Shown: piece by piece, positions 26,438 through 34,321 of the stretch
Position numbering within the stretch: position 1 is the first letter of the stretch
Layout: each line of letters begins with the position of its first letter
Notes under the pieces: model-generated
What the model was told of the DNA's origin: nothing
The model's database searches: none
Seen by the model: only the letters and a program-made list of their open reading frames with translations
Assembly: GCA_013698215.1 (NCBI GenBank)
Contig: JACCVJ010000444.1
Coordinates: 1-42,933, forward strand
Direction: 5' to 3'
DNA from: Tatlockia sp.
GTDB lineage: Bacteria > Cyanobacteriota > Cyanobacteriia > Cyanobacteriales > Chroococcidiopsidaceae
DNA: 42,933 nt
Made by a program: the position numbers and the translations under genes

Positions 26438-28147
26438 TCATTTTATCTTTTCATTGATTCCCCATTTTGGCGGATACCAATAAAAGATACTGCCTTTTGG
26501 ATTTCGATAGATTTGTTTTATTCGAGTGCGCCCTGTAATTCCAGATACTTCTGGATGTTTTACTCTTGAATATTTGTCGACCTCACAAAACAAATTCTGG
26601 CAGTCAATAAGTTGAAGTTTTCTACCCCACAAAGTTTTAAAATTTAATCCAAGCCTCTCAAATTCCAATTCCTGAATGTCCGCGACAAAACGAATTATCT
26701 CAGCTTCAGTTAATCCGCCTCTATCAGTAAAACATTTTCGGATTCCATCCAACGCGCCCGGACCGGGAACGACGAATTCCATTTCAGTGAAATTTGTAAT
26801 CTCACTATAGTTAATGTCGGTAATATATTGATAAGCCAAAAAATCTCCAATCGTCGGATATTCACGAAGTAAATTAAATCCTTTTTGCATACTAGAACAA
26901 TCGACAAGACTTTTATAAAGTTCGTCTTTCATCATCTTTTCTAAAAGCATAAGATGATTTCGATGCTTAATTGAATGACCCAATAACTTCCCGCCGGAAG
27001 GCATAATGTAAGCACCAGAATATATCGGTTTTCCATTGCTCATCGCTTTTGTAAAAACTTTGTCGTATTTCTTGAAGCTATAATTCTCATACGTTATAAT
27101 GCCAAGTGATTTTTCCAGTAATTCCCACGTTTCAATTTTGTTAAATAATTTAAACAAGATAATTCTGAAAAATACTTCATTTGGAGTTGCTGGGTAATTT
27201 TCGTTATAAATTACATTGCGAATTAGGTATTGACTGACTCGGTCGGATGCCCGATAAGCATTTGTAAATTTGTATTGCAAAATTACCGGATCATCTGTCC
27301 ACGGGGGCGAATAATTGTTTAGTCTTTTAAAGAAAACTTTTTGTCTCTCAACCGCAAACTTCCAATATGTATCAAAAACCACTGTAGGTTTTGCTGGATG
27401 AATATGAGAGACAAAAACCTGTAAATTCTTCTCTTCATAGTTTCGTGGCTTCTTCTGCTTTTGATACGGTAAATTCGGCTGTAGTGGTTCAGGGAAATCT
27501 CTATTTAAAGTGTTGCCCTTAAGGTCTAAAGTTTCTTGAATAGTTTCTATAAGAATACTTCCTAGTTCATTTACATTGCCATTATTTATAACTTTGAGAA
27601 CAGGATATTTATTTTTTTCTCTTTCGCTTAAAACAACGTATTCGTGGCTGAGTTTTTGCCAGTAATCAAAAGGCACATCGCGGTCAATTGGTATATCTCT
27701 TGATAACAAAAATATAATACTCGGTGAAATACCTTTCCAGTATAAATTTTCAAGTTCAAGCATCTTTTTAAGGGCTTGTCTTTTAACTCCAGAAACGATG
27801 CCATACACCCAAGTTGACCACCAAAATCTATCAAGAATGATATTTTTTCCTTGTTTGAGCGAAGGTAAAATCAAATGCTCGAGAGAATCAATATGTGCGG
27901 CAATATGAAGCATTTGAATACTTATTTGAGCTATATTTTTAACGCCGAAAACATCCGGTCGGTGATGTAAATCATAAACGTGTTTTCCGAGAGTCCCTTC
28001 TTCTTTTCCCGGAAAGCTAATTAACTCGAAATGATTTGCGCTATCAGAGAAGTGATTTGCAATCAAATTCGCCGCAGTAGATTTTCCTACTCCGCCTGGA
28101 CCTTCTAGCACTATTAATTTTCCAAGTTTTTGAGGCTTTCTTTTCAT
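26438..28147 (-). CDS. dTMP-kinase-like P-loop domain fused to aGPT-Pplase1 / 5-hmdU DNA kinase helical domain
   Basis: N-terminal LEGPGGVGKST, FPG, ILDRFWWS; C-terminal YWKFAVERQ, PWTDDPVI..YKFTNAYRASDRVSQYLI, IGDFLAYQ..TDINY, GPGA..G, DCQNLFCEVDKYSR. Confidence 0.88.
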   Translation of the reverse strand: MKRKPQKLGKLIVLEGPGGVGKSTAANLIANHFSDSANHFELISFPGKEEGTLGKHVYDLHHRPDVFGVKNIAQISIQMLHIAAHIDSLEHLILPSLKQGKNIILDRFWWSTWVYGIVSGVKRQALKKMLELENLYWKGISPSIIFLLSRDIPIDRDVPFDYWQKLSHEYVVLSEREKNKYPVLKVINNGNVNELGSILIETIQETLDLKGNTLNRDFPEPLQPNLPYQKQKKPRNYEEKNLQVFVSHIHPAKPTVVFDTYWKFAVERQKVFFKRLNNYSPPWTDDPVILQYKFTNAYRASDRVSQYLIRNVIYNENYPATPNEVFFRIILFKLFNKIETWELLEKSLGIITYENYSFKKYDKVFTKAMSNGKPIYSGAYIMPSGGKLLGHSIKHRNHLMLLEKMMKDELYKSLVDCSSMQKGFNLLREYPTIGDFLAYQYITDINYSEITNFTEMEFVVPGPGALDGIRKCFTDRGGLTEAEIIRFVADIQELEFERLGLNFKTLWGRKLQLIDCQNLFCEVDKYSRVKHPEVSGITGRTRIKQIYRNPKGSIFYWYPPKWGINEKIK

Positions 28148-28169
28148 AACATTGAAATGTGATTTACAA

Positions 28170-28958
28170 TTAAACCTCTAAAATTTCTCTTGCTGTATTA
28201 GAAAGCTCGCTTAAACAAGCTTTTGTAATACCACTTCCTCCAAGTCCCTCGACACCGATAAAACAATTTAGATTAGTTAGCTTCAGATTCATTTGGCTTG
28301 CCATAAAATTCCCCAACCTATACAATCCCAAATAATTCCCATAACCTTTCTCGACGAGCAGTTGTTTTGCATAAAATGCATTCAACGTTATCCCTTTTTT
28401 ATTCGGCACAAAACTAACGTGATCTAAACAAGGAAAGCCGAGTCGTGGAGTTGTAAGGTGGTCGCGTTCAGGATCAAAGATTGATGCTTGAAACTTTGAC
28501 CGTCTTCTATTTTTAGGATTATTGTTAAATTCCGAAATAATAAATTCTAGTTGATTGCCGTCAAACGGACCGTTTTGACCAAAGGAAATTAATCTTTCAA
28601 AATACAAACCTCTTTTATTTTTTTGAGGTTCGAGCCGTTTGTAACGCTTTAAATTTTTCTTGTATAAATCATATAGTTTTTGACGGTCTCCATCGGCAAA
28701 TAACCACAAAGATTCAGGAAAAATTGTGTTAGCTACTGTATTTACATTCTGCTGATTATTATCAATTAAAAAATGGTCAAGTGCTTTTCTAAAAGATGAA
28801 ATTTCAGGAGGATTGCTGTCTTCCAGGTTATGTATATTAATGACTAAAGGGGAAGCTTCAAGTCCCGGGTTGTCAATAATATAAACAAGTGCTTCTGCCC
28901 AAGCTGAAGAAAGATTCGGTTTAGATATTAATTTCGGCAACATATCAATCCTCCTCAA
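28170..28958 (-). CDS. Thymidylate synthase-like protein (divergent)
   Basis: TVANTIFP, YFERL, NQL, RRS....IFDP, catalytic FPCL, and Y..Q.....YGNY aligning to the TS RSxD/N177 region. Confidence 0.75.
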   Translation of the reverse strand: MRRIDMLPKLISKPNLSSAWAEALVYIIDNPGLEASPLVINIHNLEDSNPPEISSFRKALDHFLIDNNQQNVNTVANTIFPESLWLFADGDRQKLYDLYKKNLKRYKRLEPQKNKRGLYFERLISFGQNGPFDGNQLEFIISEFNNNPKNRRRSKFQASIFDPERDHLTTPRLGFPCLDHVSFVPNKKGITLNAFYAKQLLVEKGYGNYLGLYRLGNFMASQMNLKLTNLNCFIGVEGLGGSGITKACLSELSNTAREILEV

Positions 28959-29805
28959 TATTTGCTAAGTGTCTGTATTTACTCAATCCGACAAACTGGA
29001 AAGGTGCAATTCTGACAAAAACTGCCCAACAATTATCAGAAGAGCTTATGCGAGTAATCCCAGAGCATTTCGCATAAAAGTGATTAGAAAGACTGCTATC
29101 AAGCACTGGTTCAAGCAGATTATTGGACGGTAAAACATTTCTGGGTAGTAATAATTCCGTTCCAACTTCAATATCAATGGTCTTGGCAAGCCAATTTTCA
29201 TCTACAATAATTAAAGGGTTTGGAGTATCACGCCCGAAAAACTCTTTTCTGATTTTTTGCGGCGTATGTTTCCGCAAAAATTTGGCGCGTTCCCTAGTAA
29301 TAAACTTAAGTGAATATGCTAAATGATTTATCAGAGTCGAGTAGCCAACACCAAAATTACAAGCGACGGTATAAATTTGTGATGGAGTTGCAATTTGAGC
29401 ATTCCATCCACGAGACGCAAACGCTTTTCTCACCCCCAATGTCGGTAAATGTAAGAAACTTGAAAAGCTATCTGCTAAAAACTCTTCGGGAGTTTCGTAA
29501 TCTGACTTTTCCCTATCGTTCAAAAGATGATCAATATTGAATCCGTGACCGAAAGCGTGATGTCCTAGTTCGTGTCCACAGGTAAAATTCCGCCGCGCGA
29601 ATGGTCTTAAAGCCGATATTAATATTCTCGGCTTCGGCTCGCTAACGTATGAGCCTTCCATATTGATGTCTGTGAATTTTACGGATATTTTCAAGCTTTC
29701 ACATACGTCGAACGCACAAACCGGACTTACAATGTCAATTGCAGCTTCACTTCTAACGGTCAATGCCTTTTGTAGGGCTTGGGACGCTAATCTTTTATAA
29801 TCCAT
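28945..29805 (-). CDS. ImmA/IrrE-family zinc metallopeptidase
   Basis: RRNFTCGHELGHH (HExxH), E..ADSF, ACNFGVGY. Confidence 0.9.
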   Translation of the reverse strand: MDYKRLASQALQKALTVRSEAAIDIVSPVCAFDVCESLKISVKFTDINMEGSYVSEPKPRILISALRPFARRNFTCGHELGHHAFGHGFNIDHLLNDREKSDYETPEEFLADSFSSFLHLPTLGVRKAFASRGWNAQIATPSQIYTVACNFGVGYSTLINHLAYSLKFITRERAKFLRKHTPQKIRKEFFGRDTPNPLIIVDENWLAKTIDIEVGTELLLPRNVLPSNNLLEPVLDSSLSNHFYAKCSGITRISSSDNCWAVFVRIAPFQFVGLSKYRHLANIEED

Positions 29806-29821
29806 ATTTTAAGAGCCTCCA

Positions 29822-30157
29822 TTATTCACGAAGAGAAGCAAGTAAAGTTAAAAGACGATCTAAATCATCTTTCTTAAGTTTGTTTAATTCCCGTGCGGCG
29901 AGTTGTAGTTTTGTGTCGTGAATATCTAGCTTTTCTTCACCCTCTCCTAAAAGCCAATTAACACTTACATCGTATAAATCAGCGAGCTGAGCAATTTCCT
30001 CCGCCGTAACTTTCCGATTGCCAGCTTCCATTTCGGAAATTGTTGGGCGTTGTATTTTCAGTATGTCGGCGACTTGCAGTTGCGATAATCCGGACATCCT
30101 TCGTGCTTCTTTAATCCTAGCAGCAATAATCTCTCTTTTGGCTTCGGCATCCATCAT
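29822..30157 (-). CDS. XRE-family HTH transcriptional regulator
   Basis: IKEARRMSGLSQLQVA...RPTISEMEAGNR...YDVSVNWLLG. Confidence 0.95.
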   Translation of the reverse strand: MMDAEAKREIIAARIKEARRMSGLSQLQVADILKIQRPTISEMEAGNRKVTAEEIAQLADLYDVSVNWLLGEGEEKLDIHDTKLQLAARELNKLKKDDLDRLLTLLASLRE

Positions 30158-30450
30158 AATTTGGCTCCTTGTTTTTTTGCGGTTGACATTACTCTTTCCA
30201 CAATTTCTTCTATTGTGAGGTGACGTTTCCCATCTTCAGATAGAAATATGTTTATATCATCGGGAATAGCCGTATCTAATTCTTCCCCAAGTATTGTTAT
30301 TGCAGTAATCCACAATTGACTATCAAATTGAGGCATATCTCTGATGGGACAGGTTGTTCCCGTAATTTCAATTTTCTCAAAATCACCTGACTCCTGAATC
30401 ATGTTTAAAATTTCAATTAACTTGTCAGAAATCTCTTTTTCATTATTCAT
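30154..30450 (-). CDS. Acyl-carrier-protein-like protein
   Basis: 98 aa, acidic, FDS motif ahead of helix II (FDSQLWITAITILGEELDTAIP), C-terminal TIEEIVE; RBS AAGGAG; ATGA-coupled to the XRE gene. Confidence 0.7.
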   Translation of the reverse strand: MNNEKEISDKLIEILNMIQESGDFEKIEITGTTCPIRDMPQFDSQLWITAITILGEELDTAIPDDINIFLSEDGKRHLTIEEIVERVMSTAKKQGAKL

Positions 30451-30468
30451 TGTAATCTCTCCTTACGC

Positions 30469-30503
30469 TATGTAATAATATCTTACATACGCAAATTTTG
30501 CAA
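30469..30503 (-). promoter_or_regulatory. Operon promoter overlapped by a palindromic operator
   Basis: Minus strand TTGCAA-N17-TATTAT; palindrome TATGTAA-N7-TTACATA (30469-30489) covers the -10. Confidence 0.6.
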
Positions 30504-30684
30504 ATTAGTTTTGATATTTCTTTAACGAATAATCCCCCACTCATAGTAGATGCGAGTAGATGCGAGTATTCCTTTATTCAGTGATGTATTGACAACATCA
30601 GCCTGTTTGCTACGCTTCCCCCACTTACCACACGTCCCAAAATCAAACAAAAAAATCAGGAGGATAAGTGAGCGTATGCAACTG

Positions 30685-30996
30685 CTACCGGATGAACTGC
30701 GCCGGCAGCCGCCCCTTTTTATTGAGCGTGCGGATTTTGAAGGCGGCGATCACTTCGCAGTAACGCTCCATCTCGGCGACGGTCAGCTTACGCGGTTTGC
30801 CCAAGTCGGCACGGTGCGGCGGGCGTGAGTGCAGCCGCTGGCGCAACGCCCGGTATAAAGTGTCGGCGGACACTCCGAACAGATCGGCGGTGGATTCGAT
30901 CAGTCGGCGACGTTCGGCGCAGCGCGCGGGCAGCGTGTCGAGCCTTTACCGCAGGCTGACCAGAGTTTCCGCCGGAATTTGTCGGAAGCGATTCAT
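30685..30996 (-). pseudogene. N-terminal remnant of a DDE (integrase-core, IS481/Tn552-like) transposase
   Basis: MNRFRQIPAETLVSLR*RLDTLPAR...FGVSADTLYRALR...RADLGKPR...ERYCEVIAAFKIRTLNKKGR; premature TAA at 30948-30946; GC-rich patch; truncated. Confidence 0.7.
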
Positions 30997-31261
30997 CTGC
31001 TGTTTTCCTTAACTTTTTACTGATAATTTTAGCGATAACTATAACAGAAAACCAAGACTTGCCGAATTAACAATATTTTTTCGATTTACTCAATAAAATG
31101 TGACGTTAAATAATATTTAAATTTTCCAAAAAACTATTGACCTCATTTACTAATTTGTGCTAACTTTTGTTTTATATTTAACCGAATTAATGATAATCAA
31201 AGGAAATTGGTGCTTTTTAGAATTTGTTTTCTAGTTTATAGACTAAGATAAGGAGTGTCTT

Positions 31262-31957
31262 ATGAGACTGAAAATCGTCGCCGCTTCGCTTTTGTTAATA
31301 GGAGTTGGAATAATCGTTGTACTTGCTTTCCAAACACAGAACAAATTTATCGAATCTACTTCTTTTGCTGCAACAGTTAATCAACCGAATACTGATGTCA
31401 AAGCCATTTCTATTCCATCTGAAAAAATACCAGGTGCCGTAGATGGTTCACTAAATCCTGAACTAATCCCGGATAAAACCGCATATTCGGTAATGCTCCG
31501 TTTGTTATCTAATCGTAAATCCGATGAAGAAAAAGCTCGCGGACGTTCTTATATAAAGGCATTGCTTCAGCTCAAGTGCGGAAGTTGTAATGAACTTGAA
31601 AAAGGTGATGGAACTCTCGCAGAAGACGAAGCAGACATCAATGCAGTTTTTTCGGAAGTAAAAGAGTTTGAGGGAAAAGTAACAGCTTTCGACAATCGGG
31701 TTGAGGAAATAAAGTGGCGCAATTGGCCAGATCCAAATCCCGTTTCTATCGCTCAACTTGAGAATATACAAGCACAAAAAGACGCGATGGTTAACGAAAC
31801 CATTTTAAATCTGAAAAATAAACTGAGTGAGAAAAGCCGCAAAATTTTCGATAAACGTGTTGAAGAGCAGGTAAAAAGAAAAATCAAGCTGATTCCGGGT
31901 CCGAAATCCAGTGAAGACGAACAAAGAGAGTTTTCTGTAAAGAAAACTCCACAATGA
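31262..31957 (+). CDS. Exported or membrane-anchored hypothetical protein
   Basis: RBS AAGGAG; N-terminal hydrophobic helix; CxxC. Confidence 0.75.
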   Translation: MRLKIVAASLLLIGVGIIVVLAFQTQNKFIESTSFAATVNQPNTDVKAISIPSEKIPGAVDGSLNPELIPDKTAYSVMLRLLSNRKSDEEKARGRSYIKALLQLKCGSCNELEKGDGTLAEDEADINAVFSEVKEFEGKVTAFDNRVEEIKWRNWPDPNPVSIAQLENIQAQKDAMVNETILNLKNKLSEKSRKIFDKRVEEQVKRKIKLIPGPKSSEDEQREFSVKKTPQ

Positions 31958-32028
31958 CCTTAATAATGTTTTTGATTAGCCGGATCTATTCTGAGTAATG
32001 AACAGTTATTATATAAGGAGAAAAGACC

Positions 32029-32727
32029 ATGAAGAACACTTGTAAACTTCTCATATACAAAGAAAATAGTATAAAGCAATTTGGCTTTCATTTACTATTT
32101 TTGTTGATCTTTATCGGATCGCTGACGATTTCACTAGCAGCTCAATCAGTGGCAGTTTATTCTGACGAATGGGGACATCAACCAGATGGTTCCGAGGATT
32201 TGCAAATTGTAGGATCGGGCGTGACGGAAGCCTCATATTATAGTTTCGGCTTTTCTTATGGGGTTGAAGTAACCTTAACCAGTCCAACAGGCGTAGCGAC
32301 AACTCAAATGTCCAGCTGGTATCCGACATATGCAACCACCGAAATTTGGACACCTTGGAACAGTTGGTATGGAACCTGGTATATTTCTACGCGTCATATT
32401 ACTTGGAACTGGTATCAAAACTGGTTTTACAATTACTATAGTTCCTATAGCGGTCCTCTTACCTATATAGGTATTTACGAGTTAGGATACAAAGATGGTA
32501 CGAGTTTAAGGGCAGAAACATGCAGATACGATATTTGTAATAGTTACACAAATTCAAGCTGTTATTACTGGCTAACAAGAAGTAGTGCCATAATTAACTA
32601 TCCAGGAATTGATCCAGACAGATGTCCTTTGGGTTTACTCAGACTCTTAAATAAATCCTCTTTTCTTGGAGTTACATATTGTACAGTGTACAGCGATTTA
32701 ACATATACACGTAATTTTTGCCAATAG
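32029..32727 (+). CDS. Secreted hypothetical protein, Tyr/Trp-rich with Cys-rich C-terminus
   Basis: RBS AAGGAG; signal ...TISLAAQ; six Cys in the last ~70 aa. Confidence 0.7.
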   Translation: MKNTCKLLIYKENSIKQFGFHLLFLLIFIGSLTISLAAQSVAVYSDEWGHQPDGSEDLQIVGSGVTEASYYSFGFSYGVEVTLTSPTGVATTQMSSWYPTYATTEIWTPWNSWYGTWYISTRHITWNWYQNWFYNYYSSYSGPLTYIGIYELGYKDGTSLRAETCRYDICNSYTNSSCYYWLTRSSAIINYPGIDPDRCPLGLLRLLNKSSFLGVTYCTVYSDLTYTRNFCQ

Positions 32728-32926
32728 TTGCGCTATCTACGACAGGTAATGTCTAGCTGACACGCATAAAATTACTGCTAAAAAGAGCAATGAATTTTTG
32801 AAATATAATTTTTAGCCTTTGAACTAATAGTTTTGGCGATGTTTGATGTTAGTTTTTAATGTTTACTAACGTCAAATACGTTGGTAAAAAATCAACATCA
32901 TTACGCTGAATTTACCAAGCATTATC

Positions 32927-34066
32927 ATGTGTTTAGCCGAAGAACTTCCAGCCGATTTAAGAGGGAAAATCAAATCCGTCAGAACGGACAGAACGGAAGA
33001 AACTATTATATTTGTTGAAAATAGCGAAAAATACATTGAAACAAAATCAGCAGATGTTGTTACCTTTGATGATGCCGGAAATGAAATTGAAAAATTAAAC
33101 TTTCGTAACGATGAATCTGTCGTCTCCAGACGAGTTTCCGAATATGACGAGGTAAACCGACTAAAATTTCGCAAAACCACTTATTCAAAGGATAAATCAG
33201 TTCTTGAAGAGTCATACTCAGAGGGATTGCCGACCTCGGTCACACACGTCAACTCGGATGGAATTATTCAATCAAAAACCGAGCAGGTCTATGATCCGCG
33301 ACGGCGTTTGGTATATTCTGCCAGTTTTGATTCGGGCGGAAATATGCTGTCGCAAACAGCGGTAAAATACGACCGTTTTAACAACAAGACAGTTGAAACG
33401 ACTCTCTCAGGCGTTTTTGCTGCCGGAGGTTTGAGCGAGCGTCTATTGACCGCTAATCTAACGAAAATACATTTGACAGCCGAACTGGTTAGTTTGATCA
33501 AAGTGCAATATACGGCTGATAGTAATCCGGTGAGCGCCACGTTTTATGATGCCAAGCATTCTTTGATTAAAGAGTATAGATTTTCATATGAACCCAGTGG
33601 TCTGTTGTCCGAGTCAAATGAATATGTCAATCCTGCAAACATCGTACTTCAAAATATCGAAATTCCCGGATTTCTAAAAAGCGTGTTGTTCACTCTGCAC
33701 GCAGTTTATCATTATGCAGTCCAAGGCAGATTGCAGCAATCTGTTCAAAGCGTGTTTGATATACCATTATTTAACACTGTTCTTTATCATTGGAATGCTG
33801 CTGGAAAAATTGTTTTAACATACGAATATTCATTCGGAAAACTATCCAGACAAACAAATTTTACCTACGGCACGAATGGCGAATCTTTGCAGGAAACAAT
33901 GCTTGACGAAAATAATTTGGTGTTTCAAGAGCAAACTTACGAGTGGGAATATGATGAGCGTGGAAATTGGATCAAACAAATAAAAACAGAGTTGGCGATC
34001 ACGCAGACCCTGAAAGAAAGCAAGCAAGTAAAAACTGTTGTCAGAACTATTGACTATTCCGAATAA
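32927..34066 (+). CDS. YD/RHS-like repeat protein without signal peptide
   Basis: LRGKIKSV, FDDAGN, YDEVNR, YDRFNN, YDERGNWIK, RTIDY. Confidence 0.7.
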   Translation: MCLAEELPADLRGKIKSVRTDRTEETIIFVENSEKYIETKSADVVTFDDAGNEIEKLNFRNDESVVSRRVSEYDEVNRLKFRKTTYSKDKSVLEESYSEGLPTSVTHVNSDGIIQSKTEQVYDPRRRLVYSASFDSGGNMLSQTAVKYDRFNNKTVETTLSGVFAAGGLSERLLTANLTKIHLTAELVSLIKVQYTADSNPVSATFYDAKHSLIKEYRFSYEPSGLLSESNEYVNPANIVLQNIEIPGFLKSVLFTLHAVYHYAVQGRLQQSVQSVFDIPLFNTVLYHWNAAGKIVLTYEYSFGKLSRQTNFTYGTNGESLQETMLDENNLVFQEQTYEWEYDERGNWIKQIKTELAITQTLKESKQVKTVVRTIDYSE

Positions 34067-34321
34067 AAATTACTCGATTTTTTTGATTGCCACCAACAGT
34101 CAGCATCATTTTGTTATCCATTAAATCTCTCGGATAATTTTCTTAATAAATCTTTAAAAAGTTTTATATTAGTCGCGCCTTCTGATTTGCCGCGAGGTGC
34201 CGACAAAATTAACCAAAAACAGAGAAAAAGTGACGTTACTACTTTGTAAATATATCTTGTAAATTTTTATCCCTGTATTATATGAACGTCACGGCAGTTT
34301 GAATGAGGATCAGCAGTAAAC

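Noticed and set aside
24819-30450. Prophage nucleotide-metabolism module
   Set aside because: No terminase, capsid, tail, integrase or phage polymerase genes in the window.
30545-30568. 10-bp tandem repeat AGTAGATGCG x2.4
   Set aside because: Short slippage-type duplication with no functional context.
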